A DNA stretch of 64,000 nt from NCBI GenBank assembly GCA_036918135.1, contig JBALDB010000038.1, forward strand, positions 105,455 through 169,454, written 5' to 3'. The position numbers and the translations under genes were made by a program. How positions within the stretch are numbered: position 1 is the stretch's first letter; the number at the start of each line of letters is the position of its first letter. Positions 41,329-52,153 of the stretch are shown piece after piece. The stretch is from Nostoc sp. Lineage in GTDB: Bacteria > Cyanobacteriota > Cyanobacteriia > Cyanobacteriales > Nostocaceae. Below the pieces are notes generated by a model, which saw only the letters and a program-made list of their open reading frames with translations, was not told the DNA's origin and did no database searches.

Positions 41329-42657
41329 GTGTCTCAAGTTGTTTTAGAAAACGTTTATAAAAGTTTTTCCCCACGTCAAGGGGAAACTGTGACCTCACAA
41401 ACCCAATCTCCCCTGACGCTTGGAGAGAAAGCTGATACACCACAAGAGCGTGCGGGAAGTGTTAATGTTTTACGGCGGATTAACCTAACAATCTCAGATG
41501 GCGAATTTATGGTGCTGGTAGGCCCTTCTGGTTGTGGGAAAAGCACCTTGCTGCGGTTAATCGCCGGGTTAGAGGTGATGACTGGAGGTAATATCTGGGT
41601 AGGCGATCGCTTAATTAATGATTTACCACCCAAAGAACGCGACATCGCAATGGTATTCCAAAATTACGCTCTCTATCCCCACATGAGTGTGTATGACAAC
41701 ATCGCCTTTGGGTTACGCCGCAGGGGAAGCAGGGGAGCAGAGGAGCAGAGGAGCAGAGGAGAAAATACTTCCTGGTCTCCTTATTTTCGGGCGTGGGCTG
41801 AAAATTTCCTTGTAGGGGCAACAAGAAAGTTACCTAAAGGACTGCGCTACATTTCTGACAAAGAACGGGCTATAGATGAACAGGTGCGTAGTGTTGCCCA
41901 ACTGTTACAAATTGAAACATTGATGAAACGCTTACCGAAGCAGCTATCTGGGGGACAAAGACAGCGAGTTGCATTGGGAAGGGCGATCGCTCGCAATCCT
42001 CAAGTATTCTTAATGGATGAGCCGCTTTCTAATTTAGATGCCAAACTGCGGGCGGAAACTCGCGCTCAAATTGTGAAATTGCAGCGCCAACTGGGGACAA
42101 CCACGATTTACGTTACCCACGACCAAACCGAAGCGATGACAATGGGCGATCGGATTGCGATTATGTCTGAGGGTAAAATTCAGCAAGTTGCTTCTCCCCT
42201 TGAACTTTATAACCGCCCTGCCAACCTTTTTGTCGCAGAGTTCATTGGTTCGCCACCGATGAATTTTATTCCGGTAGAATTTCATGCGCCGCTATTAATT
42301 ACTCATTCCCACTTTCGTTTCACACTTCCAGAGGTTTGGGGAAAAGCTTTACAAAAATATAATGGGAAAACTTTAATTTTAGGCATTCGACCAGAACACT
42401 TAAACTTGAGTCTGCCTGCTACTAAAAATCTACCAGTACAAGTAGATTTAGTAGAGAATTTAGGTAACGATTCCTTCCTATCAGTTAGGATTGCCGAACC
42501 TGGTTCTCAACCTAAATCTATCAGCAATTCTTTACAAGTGCGAATACCACCAGAGCGATTTGTCCAAGTTAGCGAGCAACTTTGGTTATCACTAAATTTA
42601 GAGAAAATTCACTTTTTCGATCCGGAAACTGAGTTAGCTATATTTCCTTCAAATTAG
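41329..42657 (+). CDS. Sugar ABC transporter ATP-binding protein (MalK/MsiK family)
   Basis: GPSGCGKST, VFQNYALYPHM, LSGGQRQR, DEPLSNLDAKLR, TOBE-like C-terminus. Confidence 0.95.
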   Translation: MSQVVLENVYKSFSPRQGETVTSQTQSPLTLGEKADTPQERAGSVNVLRRINLTISDGEFMVLVGPSGCGKSTLLRLIAGLEVMTGGNIWVGDRLINDLPPKERDIAMVFQNYALYPHMSVYDNIAFGLRRRGSRGAEEQRSRGENTSWSPYFRAWAENFLVGATRKLPKGLRYISDKERAIDEQVRSVAQLLQIETLMKRLPKQLSGGQRQRVALGRAIARNPQVFLMDEPLSNLDAKLRAETRAQIVKLQRQLGTTTIYVTHDQTEAMTMGDRIAIMSEGKIQQVASPLELYNRPANLFVAEFIGSPPMNFIPVEFHAPLLITHSHFRFTLPEVWGKALQKYNGKTLILGIRPEHLNLSLPATKNLPVQVDLVENLGNDSFLSVRIAEPGSQPKSISNSLQVRIPPERFVQVSEQLWLSLNLEKIHFFDPETELAIFPSN

Positions 42658-42661
42658 CAAA

Positions 42662-42859
42662 ATGTATTTCCACAGTCCTTCTCCCTTTGCTGTTGTGCCA
42701 GTAACCAAAGATACTACTGGAAACATTAAAGGTAAACTTAGCTCTAGAGCTTTTAAACTTATATCAGAATGGGCAACTTTACATCAAAGCGAATTAATGG
42801 AAAACTGGGAACTAGCTAGAGACAATCAAACCCTCAATAGCGTCTTACCATTGGAGTAG
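42662..42859 (+). pseudogene. DUF4160-like gene, N-terminally degenerate
   Basis: C-terminal GKLSSRAFKLISEWATLHQSELMENWELAR...PLE is DUF4160-like; the usual HxPPHFH N-terminal motif is reduced to HSPSPF. Confidence 0.6.
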
Positions 42860-42865
42860 TAAAAT

Positions 42866-43165
42866 ATGTTAAAAGATATTATTGCAGTGGAACCAAGAGA
42901 GAATTATCAACTGTATATCCGTTTTGAAGACGAAGTGGAAGGAATAGTTGATGTAAGTAAGCTAATTAAATTTAAAGGTGTTTTTGCACCTTTGCAAGAT
43001 AAAAAATACTTTGCTCAGGTTGAACTCAACCACGAAGTAGGCACAATTCAATGGCGATCGGGAGCCGACCTCGATCCAGATGTTCTCTATGCAGTGATTA
43101 GCGATCGGCCTATTCCTAACTATAAGTTAAGTCGTAGTGTTGGAAAGGAAAAAAGATTTGATTAG
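42866..43165 (+). CDS. DUF2442 domain protein
   Basis: YQLYIRFEDEVEGIVD, GVFAPL, GTIQWRSGADLDPDVLY. Confidence 0.88.
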   Translation: MLKDIIAVEPRENYQLYIRFEDEVEGIVDVSKLIKFKGVFAPLQDKKYFAQVELNHEVGTIQWRSGADLDPDVLYAVISDRPIPNYKLSRSVGKEKRFD

Positions 43166-43275
43166 CGATGTCTACGGTAGCAAGCTACGCACCCCATTTC
43201 ACCTCAAATTTCATGAAATGCGTAGCCGTAAGGCTTGTCGTCAGACATCGCACCCTCAACATACTGCTATTCAAT

Positions 43276-43551
43276 TTAACAAAGCTTTCTCCGTCCCTTC
43301 TGGCAAGCATTACAGGCAGAAGTTTTTGGTTCAAAATCAATACAACCAATCGCTTGTTCTGAACAAGCTTTTTTTGGGTGTACAGTACATTTGAGACGGT
43401 AATCATTGGTGAAATAATCACAACCAGAACAGGGAATTTGATGTAGCGTTTTTAAATGAATTACTCCTTTTTTTAGGGTTAACCAAACGCTTGAAATCAA
43501 TAGAATTATAATTGTCCACGTGCAAAAGGCACAGAAAATTATAGCTAACAT
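43276..43551 (-). CDS. Small Cys-rich membrane-anchored hypothetical protein
   Basis: N-terminal TM then IPCSGCDYFTNDYRLKCTVHP..ACSEQAIGCIDF. Confidence 0.75.
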   Translation of the reverse strand: MLAIIFCAFCTWTIIILLISSVWLTLKKGVIHLKTLHQIPCSGCDYFTNDYRLKCTVHPKKACSEQAIGCIDFEPKTSACNACQKGRRKLC

Positions 43552-43661
43552 TATTTATCCTCGGAAAAATTTCAAAAAAATGCCCGCAGTTCACTGCGTT
43601 TCACCGCAGGCATAGGAGTTTATTTAGCTAGAGTTGAACGAAAGTTAATTAACTAAACAAT

Positions 43662-43733
43662 TCAGAGGTTGTGGAAGCAGGCGTTATCACTCTACCAATC
43701 AAATTCAACGTTGAGATTGCCGTATGTCTGCAT
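43662..43733 (-). pseudogene. isiA/CP43'-family 5' remnant
   Basis: Translates MQTYGNLNVEFDW*SDNACFHNL*, matching the IsiA N-terminus MQTYxNxxxxYxWWAGNARFxNLSG with TGG->TAG. Confidence 0.7.
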
Positions 43734-44118
43734 TGTTAAGTTAGTTAGTAATTGTAGTGACCAATACTAAATTAATTAGTTTTTATTTCAGCAGTTAAAT
43801 GTCCTAAGCTGTTCAACAATTAACTTGCATATTTTGGATTGTTGCTTAATTGTTCAATTCCTCTGGCCATATTTTTATCTCCCGGTTGGTGAGCTTCGAC
43901 TACGCGGAAATCGAGTGAAGTCGAGATTCAACTACCGCCAAGTCAACCACATCTTCCCATCAGCCAAAATATGTAAACTTTCTGGTTTTACAATTTATTA
44001 ATGCACTAGCAAATCAGTTGCCATACATTTAGATGTGAAGTTTTTACTGTATTTGGAGAGCTTTTTCCAATTTGCCGCAGGCGTTACCTTCGAGTTGAGA
44101 GTGAGTTTTTTGTTGTAA

Positions 44119-44883
44119 TCAAATAGGAGTTTTAGTAGTGGAAGTGCTATAAGCTAGTGCAGATGTTTCTACCAAATGTACATTTTGGCGTTGCCAAAAA
44201 CCCAAAATTTGTTCGCCAACTTGTTCAGGATAAAAGTAGTGAAAAAAATGATAGCCTTGTGGACATTCCCACAGGTCATCTTCTGGCTTGAACCAATTCA
44301 ACCACTCATACAATGCAGGGGAGTTGACAATTGGATCGGTCTTACAGCCACATATCATCATTGGCATAGAAACTCCGCCTTTTGGTAAATAAACCAACTT
44401 AAACAAAGAGTGCGGCGAGGGAGATTGTTCCAAATCTTTATCTAAAGCAGCTACTAACTTTTTGGTCGTATGAGGCGGTTGATTTCCGAAGAGACTGCGA
44501 GCGCTGCTTGCCAAAATTTGCTCGCGGCTGATGCTAAAAAGTTGTCGTTGAAAGTAATAGTGAGCGTGCCAAGTATTGGCGGGTTGAGATGCTACAGCCA
44601 GTAGAGTTAGCGATCGCACTTTTTGCCCAAATCGTCGCGCAAAGCTCAAAGCGATCGCGCCACCCATACCATGTCCTGCTAAATGCACAGGGCGATCGTA
44701 GGATTCTAAAAATTCAGACACTAAATCTACAGCTTGGTCTATGGAACTGCCTTCATCTATAGTTTGCTGGTATTCCCAGTAGGCAATTCTCATATACTTA
44801 GATAAATATTCAACTAATGGTCGGTCGAAACGCTGCAAAACAGGACTAGCACTTAACCACAAAACATCAAATGAATCAGACAT
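44119..44883 (-). CDS. Alpha/beta-hydrolase-fold protein (IsiC-like)
   Basis: HLAGHGMGG elbow with the nucleophile Ser replaced by Gly; directly downstream of flavodoxin. Confidence 0.8.
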   Translation of the reverse strand: MSDSFDVLWLSASPVLQRFDRPLVEYLSKYMRIAYWEYQQTIDEGSSIDQAVDLVSEFLESYDRPVHLAGHGMGGAIALSFARRFGQKVRSLTLLAVASQPANTWHAHYYFQRQLFSISREQILASSARSLFGNQPPHTTKKLVAALDKDLEQSPSPHSLFKLVYLPKGGVSMPMMICGCKTDPIVNSPALYEWLNWFKPEDDLWECPQGYHFFHYFYPEQVGEQILGFWQRQNVHLVETSALAYSTSTTKTPI

Positions 44884-44946
44884 AAATACCTATAACTTCT
44901 CAATTATCAATTTCAGTAGGGGCATACTGCTGTACGCCCCTAATCT

Positions 44947-45459
44947 CTACAAACTAAATTCTGTCTTCAACTGACCGACCCACTTTTTAATTCGCTCGTC
45001 TGTTAAATCAGATTGGCTACCTGTATCAAGTGCCAAACCAACAAACTTGCCATTTTTCACCGCTCTAGATTCATTAAAGTCATACCCATCAGTTGGCCAA
45101 TAACCAACTGTTTTACCACCTTTTTGAGAAATTTTTTCTTCTAAAATCCCGATTGCATCCTGGAAGTTATCTGCATAGCCATATTGGTCTCCATCACCAA
45201 AATAGGCGACCAGCTTCCCTTTAAAATCTATTTCATCGAGATCGGAATAAAAGCCTTCCCAATCGCTCTGAAGTTGACCAATATCCCAAGTGGGAGAGCC
45301 AATAATCAGCAATTCATACTCATCAAAAGAAGAAGTATCCGCATCATAAATAGGATGTAATGTTACAACATCACCACCAAATTCATCCCGAATTTGTTCG
45401 GCAGCAGATTCAGTGTTACCGGTTTGAGTACCGTAGAACAGACCGATTTTTTTTGACAT
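44947..45459 (-). CDS. isiB: Long-chain flavodoxin
   Basis: IGLFYGTQTGNTE, GSPTWDIG, DQYGYADNFQDA, GKFVGLALD. Confidence 0.96.
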   Translation of the reverse strand: MSKKIGLFYGTQTGNTESAAEQIRDEFGGDVVTLHPIYDADTSSFDEYELLIIGSPTWDIGQLQSDWEGFYSDLDEIDFKGKLVAYFGDGDQYGYADNFQDAIGILEEKISQKGGKTVGYWPTDGYDFNESRAVKNGKFVGLALDTGSQSDLTDERIKKWVGQLKTEFSL

Positions 45460-45473
45460 CTTGACACCTTAAT

Positions 45474-45667
45474 ATCCTGTTCGTACATTAGTTGCGCTCG
45501 GTTAAAATGGGCAAGTTCAAATAGAGTGGTTGCACCAGCCTACAGAATTAACCCCGCATGAGCAAGGCGAGCTGAACGCCCAAAAGTCGTCCTGAAAGAT
45601 TAGTTAAGCTGGCGTTGCCTGCCCACCAAGGAATCGACTCTGGTTTTTCAACAGCCACGCTTGTCAT
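45474..45667 (-). pseudogene. isiA/pcb/CP43-family pseudogene (frameshift, stop, truncation)
   Basis: RBS GAGGAG; MTSVAVEKPESIPWWAGNASLTNLSGRLLG, then a frameshift to AHAGLIL*AGATTLFELAHFNRAQLMYEQ; ends just before isiB. Confidence 0.85.
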
Positions 45668-45763
45668 GGCTTTTTCTCCTCAAAAAGTTTGCAACTAGCT
45701 GAAATATCTAGTTAGCTTAATGAATATCTATATCAATAAGCCTGAAGATATACTATCAGACTT

Positions 45764-45782
45764 ATTGACAAGTTTTTTCATT
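45764..45782. promoter_or_regulatory. Possible Fur box
   Basis: ATTGACAAGTTTTTTCATT resembles the ATTGAnAAnnnTTnTCAAT inverted repeat and lies upstream of an iron-stress locus; degenerate. Confidence 0.35.
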
Positions 45783-45985
45783 TATCAAAAGTAAAGTTTT
45801 GTGAAGTACTAAAAGATAAGCTCAAAAGGCAGGCAGGGATTGATTCCATCCCCACAAGGAGCGAGTTAAAGCCAAATTCTAGTAAAAATGCCTTACGATA
45901 TCCTCACAGAATATTCCCGGCAATTACTGATTTAAAAAAATACATCGGTACAAGAAGCTAGAGAAAGTTAGTTTTTTGTCGATAT

Positions 45986-46288
45986 ATGAAATTAATCCAA
46001 ATACTAAAAGTAGCTGTAATTCCTGTTTTGAGCGGATTTACCTTTGTGTCTGCATCAAATACAGCACTAGCTGATTATTTAAATAGCCAGGGAGGAGGAG
46101 GTGAATACCGTTATGAATTATGGTCTACCGATGATAATACTAGTTACTACTTAAAAATTTGGTCAGCTGAAGCAAGTCCAACAAGTAGCTCATACACCAC
46201 AACTACAGAATTTGCTTCTAGTAGGGAAGCTCTAATTCATTTTGATTGCTATTACGCCAAGAGAAGTTTACCAGAATGTCCTCGATGA
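45986..46288 (+). CDS. Small secreted hypothetical protein
   Basis: Signal peptide ending ALA; C-terminal Cys pair. Confidence 0.7.
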   Translation: MKLIQILKVAVIPVLSGFTFVSASNTALADYLNSQGGGGEYRYELWSTDDNTSYYLKIWSAEASPTSSSYTTTTEFASSREALIHFDCYYAKRSLPECPR

Positions 46289-46335
46289 TAAATCGTGATT
46301 TGTAAGTACTCGCTTTTATGCGAGAAGCAAGCTAC

Positions 46336-46481
46336 GTAATTCGTAATTGAATTGTTTAATTACGAATTACGAACTTGTACTGAGCTTGTCCTGAGCGTAG
46401 CCGTACCCCTGCTCTTAAGCAAGCTACGCACAAGTGTCTCTGAAAGAGAAGGGCGCAGTCGAAGTATTAGCAATTACGAAT
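46336..46481. repeat. AATTACG heptamer array interrupted by a composite micro-element
   Basis: 46373-46465 is the reverse complement of about 30945-31038; flanked by aattacg units. A similar heptamer array lies at 51946-51968. Confidence 0.8.
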
Positions 46482-49009
46482 TACACTTCCGCGGGTTGAT
46501 ATTCTTGTTGTCTTTCTACAAAAGCCTGGACGCGGGTGCGGTAGTTTCTCATAGTCTCATCTACCCAATCGCGATCGTTGCTATTTGCATACAAATGTAC
46601 CAGTGGTTCGCTGGCATCTGGTAAAACTAACAGCCAACTGTCATCGTAGGGTTGGCAAATTTTTACGCCGTCGATTAGTTCTAGATTTTGGGCTGGATGA
46701 GTTTCAACCAAGTAGCGCATTAAAGCACCCTTAGCCGTCCACGGACAGCGTACTGTATAAGTTTTGTGAATTACACGGGGCAATTCTGACCGGGCACTGG
46801 CAAGCGATCGCTCTTGTATAGTCAACATCTCAATTATCTTCGCAATGCAGAACATGGAATCAAATCCCGGATGCAATTGCGGGAAAATAAAACCAGTTTC
46901 TCCACTACCTCCTAGCACCACATTGGGATTTTTCTGACAAGCTTCCATCAAAGCTGTAGGATTGGCTTTGGTGCGAATCACTCTGGCATCATGGCGACGG
47001 GCGACTTGTTCGATAGCGCTGGAAGCATGAACTGGTACTACTACCGTTCCTCTGGGGTTAGCAGTTAATATCATGTCTACCATCAGTGCTGTTAGCATTT
47101 CTCCCCGAATTGGATAGCCTGATTCATCAACTAAAATTAGCTGTTCTCCATTTGCCGATACTTGTACGCCAAAGTTAGCTTTCAGCGCTTCCACTACATG
47201 ACCTAACTGAGTCAGCAGTCCTTCGCGGTCAGTTGCCGACATTGCCGTTTTATTGACACTGGCATTCAGCACCACCGCGTCAGCGCCAAATTTATCTAAC
47301 ATTTGGGGTAAAACTGCCCCAGATACCGCATAAACATAATCAATCACCACTTTTGCCCGACTGTTACGGAGTGTATGAACGTGCAAAAGTTTTTCAAAAG
47401 CAGTGCAGTAGCGGTCAATGACTTGGCTGGGGTAAGACACATCGCCAATTTCATGAATTTGCGCCCGCCGCATATCCTCCTTAAAGTAAGCCCCTTCGAT
47501 TTTCTTTTCCACGGCTTTGGAGATATTAATCCCTTTAGCATCCATGAATTCAATCAAAATGTAGTCAGGGCGATCGGGGTGTACGCGGACATGGATACCA
47601 CCTGCTACCGCCATTGTAGGTATAACTGTGCGGGCGATAGGGATAGCCGTCGCATCGAGGTTTTGAATATCAATACCTACTGACATCAAACCAGCAATCA
47701 GCGATCGCGTCACCATTCGAGAAATATTACGCTGGTCGCGGGAAACCGTTACCTTAGAACCAGGTTTTAAGGTAGAACCGTAAGCAGCTCCCAACTTCAC
47801 TGCGAATTCTGGGGTGATATCAATATTAGCTAATCCTTGGACACCACGTTGCCCAAATAAATTTCGTTGAGCAATATTTCCCCAAATCAAGTTAATGTTT
47901 AAAATGGCACCTGACTCAATCTTTTTATTCGGCCAAACACGCACAGCAGTACTAATTTGAGCTTCTTCTCCTACCGTGGAAAGCGAACCTACAACAGCAG
48001 CTTCTAATACTTGGGCGCGGCGGTCTACACGAGTGCCACGAGAAATCACACAGGCGGAAAGCTGTGCTTCTTCGCCAATGATTGCTCCATTCCAAACGAT
48101 GGGACGTTTGAGATTAGCATCAGCACCAATAGTAACATTATCGCCAATTACGGTTCCTGCCTCAATCTGGACTCTTGCCCCGATGCGGCAATTATCACCA
48201 ATCACTGCTGGGGTTTCAATTACAGCCGTTTGGTCGATATAAGTATTTTGACCTACCCACAATTGAGGAGAAACTTCTTTGTAGGCGTAATCTAATTGCA
48301 CTTTCTGGTCTAATGCGTCATACTGAGCTTCCCGATAGGCATCTAAGTGACCGACATCACACCAGTAACCTTCAGCAATGTAACCATACATTGGCTGATC
48401 TTTTGTTAAAAGTAAAGGAAATAAATCTTTGGAAAAGTCAGATTCAGTATTTACCGGTAGATATTCCAAAACTTCTGGTTCGAGAATATAAGTGCCAGTG
48501 TTGACGGTATCAGAAAAAATTTCACTAGTAGAGGGTTTTTCTAAAAATCGCCGAATTTGTTGTTCTTCATCGGTAATTACCACCCCAAATTCAATTGGAT
48601 TGGGAACTCTGGTCAAAATCAAAGTAGCTTTTGACTTTTTTTGTTTGTGAAATGCGATCGCTGCCGTCAGGTCAAAATCTGTTATACTATCGCCGCTAAT
48701 TACTAAAAAAGTTTCATCAAGAAGTTCGGCAATATTTTTTACACAACCGGCTGTACCTAGAGGCTGGTCTTCTTCCACAGCATAGGTCATCTGGACGCCA
48801 AAATCGCTGCCATCTTGAAAATAATCTCGCAAGACATCAGGTAAATAATGCAATGTCGCAATAACTTCTGTAATTTGATGTCTTTTGAGTAGATTAATAA
48901 TATGTTCGGCAATTGGTCGATTGAGGATAGGCACCATCGGTTTCGGCAGATCGCAAGTTAACGGACGAAGCCGCGTTCCCGAACCGCCTGCCATAAGTAC
49001 TGCACGCAT
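46481..49009 (-). CDS. Mannose-1-phosphate guanylyltransferase / phosphomannomutase-like bifunctional protein
   Basis: [31 protein letters not shown], hexapeptide repeats, phosphohexomutase-like C-terminal half ([13 protein letters not shown]). Confidence 0.93.
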   Translation of the reverse strand: MRAVLMAGGSGTRLRPLTCDLPKPMVPILNRPIAEHIINLLKRHQITEVIATLHYLPDVLRDYFQDGSDFGVQMTYAVEEDQPLGTAGCVKNIAELLDETFLVISGDSITDFDLTAAIAFHKQKKSKATLILTRVPNPIEFGVVITDEEQQIRRFLEKPSTSEIFSDTVNTGTYILEPEVLEYLPVNTESDFSKDLFPLLLTKDQPMYGYIAEGYWCDVGHLDAYREAQYDALDQKVQLDYAYKEVSPQLWVGQNTYIDQTAVIETPAVIGDNCRIGARVQIEAGTVIGDNVTIGADANLKRPIVWNGAIIGEEAQLSACVISRGTRVDRRAQVLEAAVVGSLSTVGEEAQISTAVRVWPNKKIESGAILNINLIWGNIAQRNLFGQRGVQGLANIDITPEFAVKLGAAYGSTLKPGSKVTVSRDQRNISRMVTRSLIAGLMSVGIDIQNLDATAIPIARTVIPTMAVAGGIHVRVHPDRPDYILIEFMDAKGINISKAVEKKIEGAYFKEDMRRAQIHEIGDVSYPSQVIDRYCTAFEKLLHVHTLRNSRAKVVIDYVYAVSGAVLPQMLDKFGADAVVLNASVNKTAMSATDREGLLTQLGHVVEALKANFGVQVSANGEQLILVDESGYPIRGEMLTALMVDMILTANPRGTVVVPVHASSAIEQVARRHDARVIRTKANPTALMEACQKNPNVVLGGSGETGFIFPQLHPGFDSMFCIAKIIEMLTIQERSLASARSELPRVIHKTYTVRCPWTAKGALMRYLVETHPAQNLELIDGVKICQPYDDSWLLVLPDASEPLVHLYANSNDRDWVDETMRNYRTRVQAFVERQQEYQPAEV

Positions 49010-49538
49010 AAATCCTCCTTAACTACAAAAAGCCTTTGCTGCTTGAAAACGTGTCAGAGATATTTTCTTCTTTCTATAGTCTGCTATGGATATCTATATT
49101 TGAGGAACTTCCACAAGATGCATCTGCGGATAACGAAGTATATTTACTCATTACACCACTTCTTTTACCTAGAGAAAATCAAAAAATGTGTGCAAGAGAA
49201 TAATCAATCGGTATTGCTAAATAAAGGGATGATTGAGGCTCAGGCAAGACACACAGACACAAACGAGAAGGGGAGCTAAGAATAGTTCTACCTCCTGCCT
49301 CCTGCTATACTATTTAATTAATAAAAAATAGGTCTTGCATTTATTATTAGAAAAAAATCCCGCAATCGCTCAGTTCGTGCGAGAACTGCGGGCCACGATG
49401 CAGCTATCTTAGGAAAAGTTCGCTGACGAATTAGGTATGACGGACAGTTCGAGTTGAAAAAAGAGATTAATGATTTGTGCCGAAGGCTGGGCAAAGCCGA
49501 GCGTTACCCGTTTGAATTTGAGCGAGTGAGAAAGAGTA

Positions 49539-51923
49539 GTGGCGAATAATAAATCTAAAAATGACGCTTTGAGTAATCTCCCGGAAGACAGCCTCGTGCC
49601 GCTCGAAGCCATCCTTTGCAACGAGGAACTCAGCCGCCGACCGTCGCGCCCGCCGGATTATGAAACCGAAAACCGTGCGTTAGCGCGGCTCGTTCAGGCG
49701 CTCGCCGATGCGCCGCGCGACATTCTGCAAACGCTGGCTGACGAAATTCTCAATGTCTTTAAGGCTGACTCCTCCGGCATCAGTCTTTTGACTAAGGATG
49801 AAAAGCGATTTTACTGGCCGGCGATTGCGGGAGAGTGGAAGCCGCATATCGGCAGCGGCACGCCGCGCGAATTCGGTCCGTGCGGCGACGTTTTGGACTA
49901 CAACGTCCCCCTGCTGTTCCGGCATTTCGAGCTGCGTTACACCTATTTTCTGCCGATTACGCCGCTGATCGAAGAATGCCTGCTCGTCCCTTTTTACGTT
50001 GAAGGAAAAGCCGTCGGCACGATCTGGGCGATCACTCACAACGATCGACGCAAATTCGATCTAGAAGATTTGCGCCAGCTTAAAAGTCTGGAAAAATTCG
50101 CGTCGGCGGCGTATCAAGCCGTCGAATCGCTCGACGAACTCACTGCGGATCTGCAAGATACCCAACTGCTGCAGGAACTGGGAGCGCGATTGGTCACAGA
50201 AGGCAATGTGCAAACCCTCTACCAAGAACTTATCTCTGCCGCGATCGCCATTACCCAAGCTCAGGCAGGCACCATTCAACTGCTCGATGTTGCGACCCAG
50301 GAACTGGTGATGCTTGCCATGCAGAACATCACGCCAGCGATGTTTAAGCATTTCAGTCGCGTGGATGCCCGTTCCAATACATCTTGCGGCATGGCTTTGC
50401 AAAGTGGCGAGCGCGCCTTTATCGATTTCGATGTTCCAGAAAGCCAAGACCCGGATGGTTCTTGCCGCGTGCATGTCGAGGCAGGGTATTTATCGGCTCA
50501 GTCTACGCCGCTGATTACCCGTTCTGGCTGAGCGCTCGGCATCATCTCAACCCACTGGCACAAACATCATCGCCCCAGCGATCGCGAGTTGCGATTTCTC
50601 GATCTCCTGGCTCGTCAAGCCGCCGATTTAATTGAGCAACGACAAGCGGAAGCAGAACGCGATCGCTTGCTCCAACAGACTCAATCGGCACGAGAAGAAG
50701 CAGAACGAGCCAATCGCATCAAAGATGAGTTTTTGGCGGTGCTATCTCATGAATTGCGTTAGCGAAGCTCCTCCGAAGGAGGCTCGCCCCTCAACCCAAT
50801 TCTGGGCTGGGCAAAACTATTGCGAGGCGGCAAACTAGACGCGGCAAAAACCGAACAGGCATTGAATACGATTGAACGCAACGCCCAACTGCAATCGGAA
50901 CTGATTGAGGACTTGCTGGATGTGTCGCGAATTTTGCGCGGCAAACTCAATCTCAACGTCAGCCCGGTTAATTTAGCAACGGTGATTCGAGCCGCAATAG
51001 AAACGGTGCGTTTGGCGGCAGAGGCCAAATCAATTCAAGTCGCAGCCGATTTGAACTCAGAAGTCGGAACGGTTTCAGGGGATGCCACTCGGTTACAACA
51101 AGTCGTGTGGAATCTGCTTTCCAATGCGGTGAAATTTACACCGAATGAAGGTCGGGTTGAGGTGAAGTTGGCAACGAATAAAGAAACGGATAAAACGGAT
51201 AGAACAATCCGCATATCCGCTTCATCTGTTGCAAAATCCGTTGCTCAAATCATCATTACCGACACTGGAAAAGGCATTGCTCCCGACTTCCTCCCCCATG
51301 TGTTTGACTCTTTTCAACAAGAAGACAGAGCCACCACGCGCAAGTTTGGCGGATTAGGGTTAGGGCTGGCGATCGTCCGTCAGATTGTGGAGTTACATGG
51401 CGGCACGGTTGGGGCAGAGAGCGCGGGAGAGGGGCAGGGGGCGACGTTTACAGTCAGGCTACCGCTTTTGAAGGCAGAAGGCAGAGGGCAGCAGGCAGAA
51501 GGTGAGTTAGATTCGTCCTTTGTCGTCGATCGTTCATCCTTACCCCTCACCGGATTGCAGATTTTGGTCGTGGATGACGACACTGACTCGCGTGACTTCA
51601 TTGCCTTTGTGGTCGAGCAGGCTGGGGCAACCGTAATCACTGCTGCTTCTGGGGCAGAAGCCATTGCCCTGCTGATGCAATCCCAACTGGATGTGCTGCT
51701 GAGTGATATTGGGATGCCAGAGATGGACGGGTATATGCTGATGCAACAGGTGCTAGGACTTCCACCGGAACAAAATGGACAGGTGAAGGCGATCGCGCTG
51801 ACCGCTTATGCTGGAGATTTTAATCAGCAACAGGCATTGCAAGCGGGATTTCAGCAGCATGTGAGTAAACCCGTCGCGCCAGAAGAATTAGTCAGGATGA
51901 TTCGTGCTTTGCCGACTGCATAA
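49539..51923 (+). pseudogene. GAF-GAF-HisKA-HATPase-REC hybrid histidine kinase, disrupted
   Basis: One frame throughout, with TGA at 50529-50531 and TAG at 50760-50762 inside a 24-nt insertion splitting HELR|SPLNPILGW; N, G1 and G2 boxes and receiver domain intact. Confidence 0.88.
50759..50782. mobile_element. 24-nt SDR-like insertion at a HIP1-like site
   Basis: GCG[TTAGCGAAGCTCCTCCGAAGGAGG]CTCGC; removal restores TTG CGC TCG CCC (LRSP). Confidence 0.7.
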
Positions 51924-52153
51924 AAGCCCATTCACGATGGATTTCTCGTAATTCGTAATTCGTAATTAAAATAACTTTAGTTGTGGTCAGCCCACTTAAA
52001 ATACATATTTGTCAACAGACACGTACTGCCAGATACAAAGCGCCCAGGCGAGCCACTGGGCGCTAAGGCGTTCTTATTCCAAGCCGACGACTTAAGTTGT
52101 AGGTAACTATGAATTACAAATTACGAATTATTTAGATTACCTAATCTCTTGTA

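Noticed and set aside
50529..50531. Programmed read-through or selenocysteine at the kinase TGA
   Set aside because: No supporting signal, not a Cys-type position, and a second stop lies in the H-box insertion.
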